A stretch of DNA of 64,000 nt from Terriglobia bacterium (GTDB taxonomy: Bacteria > Acidobacteriota > Terriglobia > 20CM-2-55-15), in NCBI GenBank assembly GCA_965218585.1, contig CBDCLE010000002.1, forward strand, positions 489,586 to 553,585, given 5' to 3'. Positions within the stretch are counted from its first letter, which is position 1; each line of letters starts with the position of its first letter. Shown one piece after another: positions 30,340-41,097 of the stretch. A program made the position numbers and the translations under genes. The notes under the pieces are model-generated. The model saw only the letters and a program-made list of their open reading frames with translations. It was not told the origin of the DNA and made no database searches.

Positions 30340-32076
30340 CCCGCATATTTCACCGATAGGACCAGAAAAGGCCGCCCTGTCTGGCATAAAGCGTTTTGAA
30401 ATAAACGTTTAACAAGCCAAACGGAGACGGCCCTTATGAGAACAGAGTGTAACCAAACGACGTTCGAATTTCACGGACTTCTTCAACGAAAAGTGAAGGC
30501 GCGTTTTGACGGCGGAAAGATCACCTCCGACGCTGGGGTTCTGCTGTTGAGGGAAGTGGAAAAGCGAACGGGTCTGATCGCCGGACTGGCCGAGTGTTTC
30601 AGGGATTACCGGGACGCGAGGTTGATCGAACACACGGTGAGCGAGTTATTGGGGCAGCGCGTCTACGGACTCTGTCTGGGCTACGAGGATCTGAACGATC
30701 ATGACCAACTGCGGACCGATCCGATGCTGGCCGTGGCGGTGGATAAGGCCGATCCACTGGGGGAGAAGCGGCGGCAGGCCCGAGACCGGGGAAAAGCGTT
30801 GGCGGGCAAGTGTACGCTGAACCGGTTGGAACTGACCGGGGAGCAAGTCGATGGGAAGGAGCGGTACAAGAAGATGGCCATGGACCCGGACAAGATCGAC
30901 CGCTGGATGGTGGATGCATTTGTGGCGGCTCACGGATCGGCGCCCGAGGAGATTGTTCTGGACCTGGATGCGACCGATGATCCGATCCATGGCCATCAGG
31001 AAGGACGGTTCTTTCACGGCTACTACGGCAACTACTGTTATCTGCCGCTCTACATCTTTTCGGGAGAGCATCTGCTATGCGCCCGGTTGCGGTGCTCCAA
31101 TGTCGACGGTGCGGACGGCGCCGTCGAGGAATTGAACCGCATCATCGGCCAGATCCGGCAGAGCTGGCCGGAGGTGTCGATTATCATCCGGGCCGACTCG
31201 GGCTTTTGCCGGGATGAATTGCTGAGTTGGTGCGAGGCCCACCAGGTCGATTACGTGGTGGGTCTGGCCAAGAACGATCGGCTCAAGCGCGAGATCGCTG
31301 AATCGATGAGTCAGGCCGAAGCCGAGTTTAACGACACCGGGAAACCGGCGCGGGTGTTTAACGATTTCCGGTATCGCACTCGGAAGAGCTGGACCTGCAC
31401 CCGACGCGTCATCGGCAAGGCCGAGTTCCTGGAGAAAGGCGCCAATCCTCGATTCGTTGTGACCTCACTGTCGCCGGAACGCCTGGACGCCCGCGCCCTC
31501 TATGAAGACTTTTACTGTGCGCGGGGCGACATGGAAAATCGCATCAAGGAACAGCAGTTGGATCTATTCGCCGACCGGACCAGCGCGGCAACCATGCGCG
31601 CCAATCAACTCCGGCTCTATCTGTCCTCGGCCGCCTACATGCTCCTGCACGCGTTACGCCGTCTGGGACTGAAGAATACCGATCTGGCCCGCGCTCAGTG
31701 CCAGACGATCCGCTTGAAGCTCCTCAAGATCGGAGCTCAAGTCCGTCTGACGGTTCGCAACATCTGGATCTCCATGTCGGAAGCCTATCCCTACGCCGAG
31801 GTCTTTGCCCTCGTCCATCGAAACCTGCAGGCGCTTCCTCTGCGCTGCTGAGAACCGACCCGATCCCCTGCGCCAAAATCGACTCGCTCTTTTCGGCTCC
31901 GCCGAGGTTTGTCTCAGTGCGTTTCGTCACCCTCTTCTGAACCCGAAAACGCAGCAACTCCCGCTTGTCGACACCGCCGAGTCACGCCACACATGCCCAA
32001 TTCGAACCCAGATCCTCCCGAATCCGATTCTTACTGCCCAAATCCCCCTGATCGCCGGACTGGTGAAACATGCGGG
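30340..32076 (+). mobile_element. IS1380-family element, copy 1 (1737 bp)
   Basis: TIR cccgcatatttcacc / ggtgaaacatgcggg; non-matching flanks TTAG and CTAG. Confidence 0.93.
30436..31851 (+). CDS. IS1380 family transposase
   Basis: ITSDAG.LL, GYEDLNDH, LDLDATDDP.HG.QE, RADSGF and RGDMENRIKE motifs. Confidence 0.95.
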   Translation: MRTECNQTTFEFHGLLQRKVKARFDGGKITSDAGVLLLREVEKRTGLIAGLAECFRDYRDARLIEHTVSELLGQRVYGLCLGYEDLNDHDQLRTDPMLAVAVDKADPLGEKRRQARDRGKALAGKCTLNRLELTGEQVDGKERYKKMAMDPDKIDRWMVDAFVAAHGSAPEEIVLDLDATDDPIHGHQEGRFFHGYYGNYCYLPLYIFSGEHLLCARLRCSNVDGADGAVEELNRIIGQIRQSWPEVSIIIRADSGFCRDELLSWCEAHQVDYVVGLAKNDRLKREIAESMSQAEAEFNDTGKPARVFNDFRYRTRKSWTCTRRVIGKAEFLEKGANPRFVVTSLSPERLDARALYEDFYCARGDMENRIKEQQLDLFADRTSAATMRANQLRLYLSSAAYMLLHALRRLGLKNTDLARAQCQTIRLKLLKIGAQVRLTVRNIWISMSEAYPYAEVFALVHRNLQALPLRC

Positions 32077-32097
32077 CTAGAGCAATCCCACCTGTAG
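32077..32097 (+). other. Displaced 3' end (LEQSHL*) of the ECF sigma gene at 53838-54402
   Basis: Joining through the shared CTAG gives in-frame ...ELKLLEQSHL-TAG. Confidence 0.6.
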
Positions 32098-32276
32098 ACA
32101 CGGCGTGTACCCATGATGAATTCAGAATTTCTGCGGTCTCTTCCTTCCGGTTTGTCGTCTTAGGTTTTGAAGGCAGATGTCGAATCGTTCTGAAACGACG
32201 TTCGACTACCTAAGGAGGGCGAGGGATGATGATTATTAGGGACTTTTTGAGTGAAAGGACTTACTGTTCGTTCATT

Positions 32277-33641
32277 GAGGTCATTACAAAAGGTGTGTAA
32301 AAGTCATCAGGCGGCGGCCTTCGATTTCATCACGACTCTGATGCCGTCAGCGAATTGCTGACCATCATAGACCTCTTGTAAGAGTTCGGATCCTTTTAAG
32401 TGTCGCCAAGCCTTCTCAGCGACACGTAGTAGCTTCCAGATCATTGCCGTTGCATTCTCGACACGCTTGAATCGGCGAGCGGCGTTGGTGCGGAGGCGAA
32501 CCATGTCGAAGGGCGATTCGACGATGTTGGTTGTTCTCAGATGCACCCAGTGTTGTTTCGGGAACTCATAGAAAGTAATCATCCGGTCCCAGTCCCGCAA
32601 CAGCGTCTCACCCGCTTTGGGATAGTTCTTCTCATATCGGCGGACGAACTGATCCCGCTTTCGTTCGCAGGCCGCGCGGGAGTTCGCGAAGGCCATCCCA
32701 TGAAGCAGCTGTCTGGCCGCGGGCTGCTCGGTCTTCGGCAGATGATCGACCACGTTGATCGACTTGTGGTTCCAGCAGCGTTGTTCCTGGCCCTGGGGCT
32801 GTTGCTCGGCCAGCGCGGACCAGATGCCCAGGTGACCGTCCGCGACAGTCAGTCGTCCCAGCTTCAGGCCCCGTCTCTGGAGATTGCGCAGAATGCGGCT
32901 CCAGGACTCCTTGCTTTCCCGCTGCCCGCTCTCACAGGCCAACAGCACTTTGCGCCCGTCTGACAAGGCTCCGATGATCACCAGCAATGCCGCTCGCTCT
33001 TTCGCGATCCCCGCTTTCACGTACAAGCCGTCTGCCCACTGGTACACGACCTCGAGGCCGGACAGGTCCTGCTGGACCCACTCGTCATACTCCAACTGCC
33101 AGGTCGATTTCAGTCGTTGGATCGATGCTCGCGACAACGGAGCGCCAGCGCCAAGCAGTCCGCACATGGCCTGCTCGAAGTCCCCTGTGGCCAGACCGTG
33201 GAGGTAGAGATCGGGAAGTAGCTCGCCCAGCTGTTTCGATTTCCGTCGAAAATACGGCAGGATCTGACTCTCGAACCGCTCGGCGGTGTTTCGAACCCGA
33301 GGTCGTCGAACCTCCATCGTACCGTTCATCATTGCGAAGCGTCGCGGTTTCCCGTGACCGTTCCGGTATCCTCGTCGATTCGGACTCCGCTCCAACTTTT
33401 CCCGACCCAGAAATTGAGTGACTTCGTCCTCGAGCAGCTCCTGTAGCCAGACTTGGACCCGGGATCGCGCCCAGTCCTCCAAACCTTCATACGCGTTCGT
33501 TGACGCCACTGATGCCGGTATGTTCTTCTTCTTCATGGGTGGTGTACCTTTCTCCCGATTGCTGCCGGGATTGCTTACGGTTCCGAATTCACCGAAAGCG
33601 TACACCGCCTTCTCTTTTTACACACCGATTGGAACGACCTC
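32277..33641 (-). mobile_element. IS256-family element, copy 1 (1365 bp)
   Basis: TIR gaggtcattacaaaaggtgtgtaaaag / cttttacacaccgattggaacgacctc; 8-bp TSD CGTTCATT. Confidence 0.95.
32307..33605 (-). CDS. IS256 family transposase
   Basis: YRNG, LYLHGL, WADG, VADG, QRCWNHK and RTTN.VES motifs; the true start may be the downstream ATG (MKKKN). Confidence 0.93.
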   Translation of the reverse strand: MYAFGEFGTVSNPGSNREKGTPPMKKKNIPASVASTNAYEGLEDWARSRVQVWLQELLEDEVTQFLGREKLERSPNRRGYRNGHGKPRRFAMMNGTMEVRRPRVRNTAERFESQILPYFRRKSKQLGELLPDLYLHGLATGDFEQAMCGLLGAGAPLSRASIQRLKSTWQLEYDEWVQQDLSGLEVVYQWADGLYVKAGIAKERAALLVIIGALSDGRKVLLACESGQRESKESWSRILRNLQRRGLKLGRLTVADGHLGIWSALAEQQPQGQEQRCWNHKSINVVDHLPKTEQPAARQLLHGMAFANSRAACERKRDQFVRRYEKNYPKAGETLLRDWDRMITFYEFPKQHWVHLRTTNIVESPFDMVRLRTNAARRFKRVENATAMIWKLLRVAEKAWRHLKGSELLQEVYDGQQFADGIRVVMKSKAAA

Positions 33642-34298
33642 CGTTCATTCGGCTCGATGTCTTGGGGGGGACTCACCAATGCTAGCCAGGAACATTACCT
33701 ATATCAGTAGTTTATTGATTCTGCCTGCATTGTTTGGGCTTTTTTACGCGATTCGCGTTCTAACGGACGGTAACGCACTAAGCCAAACGAAGTGGTTTAC
33801 ATTGTCAATGATCGTCACAATGATCATTTTGGAACGACTCTACAAATATAGATACGCTGTTTCTCAGCGGTCTGTTCTAGCCAGGGATATCTCGTCTACG
33901 CTGGTCAATTTGCATGTCACCGGTGCCGTGGCCGGACTGATCTTCTTACCTGTGCTGGCGTTCTTCCCAGAGTTCTTTTTCGGCCGCAATTTGTTCTTTG
34001 CTTCCTCAGATCAACTCGGGCCGTTCTGGTTACAAGTTCCTGTGACTATGCTGTTGGTCAGTTTTTTTCGTTACTGGATGCATCGGCTGCAACATAAAGT
34101 CCCGTTTCTATGGGAGCTTCACGCATATCACCACGGCGTGACGGATCTAAAAGCCTCGAATCTGTTAGTTTCGCACCCCATTGATTACGCTCTTCGAAAT
34201 GTTTTGGTGTTTACTCTGCTGGGTCTCATTGGATTCAATCCACTAGCCATTCTTGTCGGGGTCAGTGCGATCAGGGTAACCGCCGCCTTTTCTCATTG

Positions 34299-35663
34299 GA
34301 GGTCATTACAAAAGGTGTGTAAAAGTCATCAGGCGGCGGCCTTCGATTTCATCACGACTCTGATGCCGTCAGCGAATTGCTGACCATCATAGACCTCTTG
34401 TAAGAGTTCGGATCCTTTTAAGTGTCGCCAAGCCTTCTCAGCGACACGTAGTAGCTTCCAGATCATTGCCGTTGCATTCTCGACACGCTTGAATCGGCGA
34501 GCGGCGTTGGTGCGGAGGCGAACCATGTCGAAGGGCGACTCGACGATGTTGGTCGTTCTCAGATGCACCCAGTGTTGTTTCGGGAACTCATAGAAAGTGA
34601 TCATCCGGTCCCAGTCCCGCAACAGCGTCTCACCCGCTTTGGGATAGTTCTTCTCATATCGGCGGACGAACTGATCCCGCTTTCGTTCGCAGGCCGCGCG
34701 GGAGTTCGCGAAGGCCATCCCATGGAGCAGCTGTCTGGCCGCGGGCTGCTCGGTCTTCGGCAGATGATCGACCACGTTGATCGACTTGTGGTTCCAGCAG
34801 CGTTGTTCCTGGCCCTGGGGCTGTTGCTCGGCCAGCGCGGACCAGATGCCCAGGTGACCGTCCGCGACAGTCAGCCGTCCCAGCTTCAGGCCCCGTCTCT
34901 GGAGATTGCGCAGAATGCGGCTCCAGGACTCCTTGCTTTCCCGCTGCCCGCTCTCACAGGCCAACACCACTTTGCGCCCGTCTGACAAGGCTCCGATGAT
35001 CACCAGCAATGCCGCTCGCTCTTTCGCGATCCCCGCTTTCACGTACAAGCCGTCTGCCCACTGGTACACGACCTCGAGGCCGGACAGGTCCTGCTGGACC
35101 CACTCGTCATACTCCAACTGCCAGGTCGATTTCAGTCGTTGGATCGATGCTCGCGACAACGGAGCGCCAGCGCCAAGCAGTCCGCGCATGGCCTGCTCGA
35201 AGTCCCCTGTGGCCAGACCGTGGAGGTAGAGATCGGGAAGTAGCTCGCCCAGCTGTTTCGATTTCCGTCGAAAATACGGCAGGATCTGACTCTCGAACCG
35301 CTCGGCGGTGTTTCGAACCCGAGGTCGTCGAACCTCCATCGTACCGTTCATCATTGCGAAGCGTCGCGGTTTCCCGTGACCGTTCCGGTATCCTCGTCGA
35401 TTCGGACTCCGCTCCGACTTTTCCCGACCCAGAAATTGAGTGACTTCGTCCTCAAGCAGCTCCTGTAGCCAGACTCGGACCCGGGACCGCGCCCAGTCCT
35501 CCAAACCTTCATACGCGTTCGTTGACGCCACTGATGCCGGTATGTTCTTCTTCTTCATGGGTGGTGTACCTTTCTCCCGGTTGCTGCCGGGATTGCTTAG
35601 GGTTTCGAATTCACCGAAAGCGTACACCGCCTTCTCTTTTTACACACCGATTGGAACGACCTC
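34299..35663 (-). mobile_element. IS256-family element, copy 2 (1365 bp)
   Basis: Same TIRs as copy 1; 8-bp TSD TCTCATTG. Confidence 0.95.
34329..35627 (-). CDS. IS256 family transposase
   Basis: Near-identical to copy 1. Confidence 0.93.
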   Translation of the reverse strand: MYAFGEFETLSNPGSNREKGTPPMKKKNIPASVASTNAYEGLEDWARSRVRVWLQELLEDEVTQFLGREKSERSPNRRGYRNGHGKPRRFAMMNGTMEVRRPRVRNTAERFESQILPYFRRKSKQLGELLPDLYLHGLATGDFEQAMRGLLGAGAPLSRASIQRLKSTWQLEYDEWVQQDLSGLEVVYQWADGLYVKAGIAKERAALLVIIGALSDGRKVVLACESGQRESKESWSRILRNLQRRGLKLGRLTVADGHLGIWSALAEQQPQGQEQRCWNHKSINVVDHLPKTEQPAARQLLHGMAFANSRAACERKRDQFVRRYEKNYPKAGETLLRDWDRMITFYEFPKQHWVHLRTTNIVESPFDMVRLRTNAARRFKRVENATAMIWKLLRVAEKAWRHLKGSELLQEVYDGQQFADGIRVVMKSKAAA

Positions 35664-36016
35664 TCTCATTGTGGCGGCGATGTAAAGGGAGGATTTCTGA
35701 ACTATATATTTGTGACTCCGGAGGTACACCGATGGCATCACTCTGCCAAGGTTCCCGCTGGCCACAAATATTCAGTCAATTACGGCGTGGGGTTCGTTGT
35801 CTGGGATCTAATATTCGGAACTTTCCATTTGCCCCAAAAGGATGGTCTTCCGGAACAGCCAGAACGACTAGGACATCCCGGCGGATCAGCCGACGAAAGT
35901 AACTATCTAAAATTGTTATTAGTGCCGTTGGGTCTCTATAGGCTGTTTCCTATTCTTAAGCGAACTTAGTGCTGTCGATCCTTTGCTCGAAATGACGGGC
36001 AAAAACCGAGGAGCGG

Positions 36017-38167
36017 TTGATCTTGTTAAGTCACGAGCAGACGTCGGGCCGCGAAGAACGGATCGGTGAAATCATAGCGTCCTGGCTTGATTTACTGAAA
36101 CAGGGAGATTCTCCATCGCCGGAGGAAGTCCTGGCACGTCATCCGCAGTTCGAGAAGGAACTGAGGGAGTTCTTTGAAAATGACGCGTTGGTTCGAGACG
36201 CCTTCAAGCCGTCGAACGGCGCAGTCTGCTTTGGCGACGACTACGAAGTTCTCGGCGAGATTGGCCGTGGAGGAATGGGAATCGTTTACAAGTGCCATCA
36301 GAAGAGTCTGGACAAGATCGTTGCCATCAAGACGATTACCGGAGGTCCGCTAGCCACACAGAACGAGATCGAGAGAATCTGGAAGGAAGCACAGAAGGCA
36401 GCGAGCCTACACCATCCGAACATCGTGACGGTGCATCAGATTGGCGAATACCAGGGCCGGCACTTCTTTGTAATGGAATACATTGAGGGCCAGAGTCTTG
36501 CGGATCTGATCCGCAGCGGGCCTCTGCCGCCAGCGAAAGCGGCGCACTATGTCAAGACGATCGCGGAAGCGATCCACTACGCGCATCAACGACAAATTCT
36601 GCATTGCGACGTCAAGCCGGCGAACATCCTGGTAGATGAAGAAGGAAAACCGTACGTGACGGATTTCGGATTGTCGAGGCGTCTGGGAGAGGGCGCGAAA
36701 TATCTGCTTGCAAGCGCGTTGGGAGGAACGCCCGAATATATGGCGCCTGAGCAGGCAGCGAGCGGCGAATTGACGACGACAACGGACGTGTATGGGCTTG
36801 GTGCCACCCTGTATACCTTGCTGACCGGACATCCTCCATTTCAGCTGACGGGTGAACCTCCATTTCATGTGACGACCCTGCTGGGGTTAATGAAACAGGT
36901 GCGCGGGGAAGATCCAAAACGCCCGAACGAGCGAAATCCATCGGTAGACAGAGATCTGGACGCGATCTGTATGAAGTGTCTCAACAAGGACAGGGACGGG
37001 CGTTACAGATCGGCATACGGGTTGACAAGAGATCTCGCTCAATATCAAGCAGGCGAGGAGACCACCGCGCGCGTCTGGGACTGGAAAGAGCAGACGATAG
37101 GATGGCGCCGCCGAAACCCTCTCGTCGCGGGCCTGATTTCAGCGGTGATCCTGACTTCAATAATGGCTGTGGTGATGGCAGTATCCATTGTCGATGTTCG
37201 CGAAGACGACATTCTTCAAGAGACACTCCAAAGCAACAGTTTTGCCGCAAGAGATCTCGCGCAGACGGCCTTGCTTCAGTTGAGGGATCTGGGCCGCGCC
37301 GTCGAACTGGCTGCCCGCGACACGACATTGTCCGGGCTCCTCGAGAGAGGGGATGTCGCTGGTCTGGGGCCATACCTTCAACAGATGTGCAGCCCGGAGT
37401 CCATCGTCTTTGCCAGTTGCTCTGTTATGGCTGCAGCCGGCGTCCAGCTAGCACGCTTCGCACCGGGTGAATTAAATCAACTCACGCCTGAAAGATTCAA
37501 TTGGAGAGATTACTTTCAAGGTGCGACGATGCACAGCGGCCAGGAAGGAAGAAGGTCCGTTCATGTCTCGAAGGTCTATCTCAGCCGGAACGATGATCTC
37601 TACAAGTTTGCAATATCGGCTCCGATACTGGGTGAGGACGGGCAGTTTCTCGGAGTCATCGTAAGCGGCGTGACGACAGATGCCGCCATGGGTCTGGTTG
37701 ATCTCGAAGACGACCGTCGCACGGTAGCGCTCATGGCTCCCCGAGACACGGACCAGTCCGATTCGCCGGTCCGGCCCGATGCGGCGGTAATTCTCTTTCA
37801 CCCGGCGTACGAGCACGGCGTGCGTGCGGTCGAGTTCGAGCGGATGAATCCGATGCCCGCAATTAGGGAAGGAGTACACTACGCCGAGCTCGACGACTCC
37901 GAGCAACGCCTACCCGCTGATGACGACTATGCCGATCCTGTCGGGTACGTTGAGAGCGATTACGAGGGACGTTGGATCGCTGGATTTGCTCCGGTGGGGA
38001 GCAGTGGATTTGTAGTTATTGTCCAGGAACCTTACGAAGAAGCGTTGGCTCTGGATCTTTCGACTCTGAGAAATTTCATTCTCGGAAGCGCCATGATCAT
38101 GCTACTGACGGTGACTGCGGTTGCCGTAGTTCTATCGCGCTGGGTGAGACAACGGAGTCCGGTCTGA
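36017..38167 (+). CDS. Membrane Ser/Thr protein kinase with an extracytoplasmic Cache-like domain
   Basis: GRGGMG, VAIK, HCDVKPAN, DFG and YMAPE motifs. Two TM helices flank RDYF...AISAPI (Cache-like). N-terminal helical extension typical of ECF-linked kinases. Confidence 0.9.
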   Translation: MILLSHEQTSGREERIGEIIASWLDLLKQGDSPSPEEVLARHPQFEKELREFFENDALVRDAFKPSNGAVCFGDDYEVLGEIGRGGMGIVYKCHQKSLDKIVAIKTITGGPLATQNEIERIWKEAQKAASLHHPNIVTVHQIGEYQGRHFFVMEYIEGQSLADLIRSGPLPPAKAAHYVKTIAEAIHYAHQRQILHCDVKPANILVDEEGKPYVTDFGLSRRLGEGAKYLLASALGGTPEYMAPEQAASGELTTTTDVYGLGATLYTLLTGHPPFQLTGEPPFHVTTLLGLMKQVRGEDPKRPNERNPSVDRDLDAICMKCLNKDRDGRYRSAYGLTRDLAQYQAGEETTARVWDWKEQTIGWRRRNPLVAGLISAVILTSIMAVVMAVSIVDVREDDILQETLQSNSFAARDLAQTALLQLRDLGRAVELAARDTTLSGLLERGDVAGLGPYLQQMCSPESIVFASCSVMAAAGVQLARFAPGELNQLTPERFNWRDYFQGATMHSGQEGRRSVHVSKVYLSRNDDLYKFAISAPILGEDGQFLGVIVSGVTTDAAMGLVDLEDDRRTVALMAPRDTDQSDSPVRPDAAVILFHPAYEHGVRAVEFERMNPMPAIREGVHYAELDDSEQRLPADDDYADPVGYVESDYEGRWIAGFAPVGSSGFVVIVQEPYEEALALDLSTLRNFILGSAMIMLLTVTAVAVVLSRWVRQRSPV

Positions 38168-38204
38168 TCACATTCAACGGAACATTCCAATCGGAGGGAC
38201 GGTC

Positions 38205-39233
38205 ATGAACCACCTTTGTGGCACCGCCATCGCACTCACGGCCGTCGCGCTCTTTGCACCTGCCGTTGGCTTTGGACATCATTCCCGGGGACACTATGCG
38301 ACCGAGATGACCGAAATGGATGGGGAACTGGTCGACATAATTTGGGGGAATCCCCACGTATACTTTCGCCTGCGGACAACCGACACAGAAGGGCGGGAGC
38401 AGCTGTGGAGGATGGAGGCAGGTTCCTTGTACATGCTCTCGCGTGGAGGCGTCACTCGTGATTTGTTCGAAGTTGGAGAAGAAGTGTTGGTCGCTGGAAG
38501 GGTTTCCAATACCAGGCCGAACGACTTTCTTGTATCAAACATGCTGCTCGATAGTGGCTATGAAGTGCTGACGTTGCCAAATGGAACACCGCGTTGGGGC
38601 GAGCGGAGAATCGGTGGACGGGTACTGTGGGTTGCTGACGTCAATCGGCTGCAAGATACCGACCCGGGGCGCCGTGGAATCTTTCAGGTCTGGAGTGTTC
38701 CGAAGGAAGTTGATGGCTGGCGTAGGGCCAACCTGCCGTTCACCGAATCGGCTCTGGCATCTCGACGCAGCTGGGACCCTGACGAAAATTTTGCGATTCG
38801 GTGCGAGCCGCCCGGCATGCCGGACATCCTCAACGGCCAGCCACACCCTTTTGATTTCCTGGATGAAGGAGAAAGCATCCTGTTGCGGAGCGAGGAATTT
38901 GATGTTGTTCGGACGATTCACATGGATCAAACAACGATTCCGAGCAACCAACCTCCATCACGTCTCGGATATTCAATCGGACATTGGGAGGGAGACAACA
39001 AACTGGTTGTGGAGACGAAACGTATTGACTGGCCGTATTTCGACCGCAATGGAACAGCACAGGGTGAGATGGTCGAAACGCTCGAAGAGTTTATCTTGAC
39101 GATGGACCAGGAGCGACTGGACTATCACATAACGATTACCGATCCAGACACTTTTACTGAACCCGCTACCCTGGATCTCTACTATCTAGCCCTTGGTGAA
39201 TCCGTCGAACCATACGAATGTGAAGTGAACTAA
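38205..39233 (+). CDS. DUF6152 family protein (long, two-domain form)
   Basis: Signal peptide + HHS, WGNPH; CEPPGMP, GYSIGHWEG and ITDP motifs. Confidence 0.8.
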   Translation: MNHLCGTAIALTAVALFAPAVGFGHHSRGHYATEMTEMDGELVDIIWGNPHVYFRLRTTDTEGREQLWRMEAGSLYMLSRGGVTRDLFEVGEEVLVAGRVSNTRPNDFLVSNMLLDSGYEVLTLPNGTPRWGERRIGGRVLWVADVNRLQDTDPGRRGIFQVWSVPKEVDGWRRANLPFTESALASRRSWDPDENFAIRCEPPGMPDILNGQPHPFDFLDEGESILLRSEEFDVVRTIHMDQTTIPSNQPPSRLGYSIGHWEGDNKLVVETKRIDWPYFDRNGTAQGEMVETLEEFILTMDQERLDYHITITDPDTFTEPATLDLYYLALGESVEPYECEVN

Positions 39234-39251
39234 CGCTTGGTCGTGGGGTTG

Positions 39252-39788
39252 CTATATCTTTTCTATGGTGCTGCCGACTTCAATTGAACCCGCTGAAACA
39301 ACCTTGACGTAGACGCCGCGGAGCCGAAGTGGGCGGCCTTCCGCGGAATTGACGAATCGGAGGGCATCGGCGCCGAATCGCTTCGAAAACTTGCTGCATC
39401 CGGTATGAGGCTTGGGGCTGATCTCGAGAATTGCCGTGCCCATGCGCAGTCTTTGTCCTACTGAAAGATTCGCTTCACTAAGGTCCATGTCCGCGAAAAA
39501 CTGGTCACCTGAGAGCGTCTGCTGGTCGGGTCCTTCCCCAAGCAACTCGATCATCCGTGTATTCATGATCGTGATCTGAGCCATGGGATCAGGGGTTTTG
39601 CTCCCATACCTTTGGGTCCAGTTGTCCCCATGGACTCCCTGCCCGGGACTGACCTCGCAAGTGGTGAGCAGCACGCGCTCGTTGGTTCGAGGTCGAATCA
39701 TGATGCAGGTGATCTTCCCACCGTCTTTCGGAGATTCGCGGAGCCAGTCGAGCTTGGCTTCCAATTCCCTGGTGGCTGCATGGGTCAC
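39252..39788 (-). CDS. MOSC domain protein
   Basis: G..GD, PHTGC.KF and RG.Y.KV...G.I motifs. Confidence 0.85.
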   Translation of the reverse strand: MTHAATRELEAKLDWLRESPKDGGKITCIMIRPRTNERVLLTTCEVSPGQGVHGDNWTQRYGSKTPDPMAQITIMNTRMIELLGEGPDQQTLSGDQFFADMDLSEANLSVGQRLRMGTAILEISPKPHTGCSKFSKRFGADALRFVNSAEGRPLRLRGVYVKVVSAGSIEVGSTIEKI

Positions 39789-39868
39789 GTCTGGCTGTCC
39801 TCGTCCGCCGGCACCATCGCGAGCAATGCTTGTGTGGGTGTGTCGCGCTCAGACATCGTTCAGGCGTT

Positions 39869-41086
39869 CTAACTGTGGCGGCTGACAAACCGGCCCATCC
39901 TATCCAGGGCCTCTTCGATCTCATCGACGCTGACGGCATAACAACACCTGATAAAGCCCTCGCCGGACGGACCGAAAGCGTTGCCGGGGACCACGGCCAC
40001 CTTGTCTTCGACGAGAAGCTTCTCGGTAAATTCTTCAGACGTCATTCCTGTAGAGCGAATCGAAGGAAAGGCGTAGAAAGCGCCCTGCGGCTGGTTCGGT
40101 TCCAGCCCGATCTTTGCCAGACCCTCGAGTAGCAACTTACGACGCTGGTTATAGGCCTCCCGCATTTCGCGAACATCCGGTTCGCCATGCCGCAAGGCCT
40201 CGAGGGCAGCGGCCTGGGCTGAGGTGGGGGCACACATCAATGTGTACTGGTGGATCTTCATCATGGCGGTGATGAGATCAGCTGGGGCGCACACGTAGCC
40301 AAGTCGCCATCCTGTCATCGCAAACGCTTTGGAAAAGCCCCCGACCGTGACGGTGCGATCGTTCATTCCGGGGAGGGAAGCGAACGGAACGAATGGTTCT
40401 TCCGAGTAAACGAGCCGGTCATAGATTTCATCGGAGACAACGAGCAGATCGTGTTCCTCGGCGAGGGCCGCAATGCTCTCAAGAGTCTTCCGATCCAGCA
40501 ATGCTCCCGTCGGGTTTGACGGGTTGTTCAGCAGAAGCACTCGGCTCCATTCCGTGATGTGTGCGGTGATATCCTCGGCCTGAAGGCAGAACCCGTCTTC
40601 GGAGCGCGTTGGCACGGTTCGAGAAACGCCACCTGCGAGTTGGATGATCGGAGAATAGGCCACATAACCCGGATCCGCGCTGATGACTTCATCGCCGGGA
40701 TCGAGTGTGGCCCGCATGGCCAGATCGATGGCTTCGCTCGCCCCCACTGTGATCAGAATTTCCGACTCGGGGTCGTACCCCAGTCCGTACAAGCGCTCGA
40801 GGTAGGACGAAACCTCCTTGCGGAGTTCCAGGATCCCCAGGTTCGAGGTGTAATAGGTGTGACCGCCCTCTACCGAATAGATGGCTGCTTCGCGTACATG
40901 CCATGGCGTGACAAAGTCCGGTTCTCCGACACCCAGAGAAATGATGCCGTCTGTCGAGACAACCAGGTCGAAGAAACGCCGCAGGCCCGATGAGGGGATT
41001 TCCTGGACGCGTTGCGAAATTCGCCCCTCGGCCCCCGACTTCGCGCGTCCGTCTTTAGAAGAGAACGGTATGGGTCGCTTGGCCAT
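39869..41086 (-). CDS. Class I/II PLP aminotransferase (YugH-like)
   Basis: LGVGEPDF, NNPSNPTG, SDEIY and FSKAFAMTGWRLG motifs. Confidence 0.93.
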   Translation of the reverse strand: MAKRPIPFSSKDGRAKSGAEGRISQRVQEIPSSGLRRFFDLVVSTDGIISLGVGEPDFVTPWHVREAAIYSVEGGHTYYTSNLGILELRKEVSSYLERLYGLGYDPESEILITVGASEAIDLAMRATLDPGDEVISADPGYVAYSPIIQLAGGVSRTVPTRSEDGFCLQAEDITAHITEWSRVLLLNNPSNPTGALLDRKTLESIAALAEEHDLLVVSDEIYDRLVYSEEPFVPFASLPGMNDRTVTVGGFSKAFAMTGWRLGYVCAPADLITAMMKIHQYTLMCAPTSAQAAALEALRHGEPDVREMREAYNQRRKLLLEGLAKIGLEPNQPQGAFYAFPSIRSTGMTSEEFTEKLLVEDKVAVVPGNAFGPSGEGFIRCCYAVSVDEIEEALDRMGRFVSRHS

Positions 41087-41097
41087 CGATCAGTTCT

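Larger units (their letters stand above)
33679..35969 (+). pseudogene. Sterol desaturase/fatty acid hydroxylase family gene split by IS256 copy 2
   Basis: YWMHR..H, H.YHH and HRWHH boxes. Removing the IS and one TSD restores in-frame AFSHCGGDVKGGFLNYIFVTPEVHRWHH. Confidence 0.9.

Noticed and set aside
33418-34383. 321-aa ORF as a real gene
   Set aside because: It is a chimera of antisense IS256 sequence and the desaturase 5' half, which starts at 33679.
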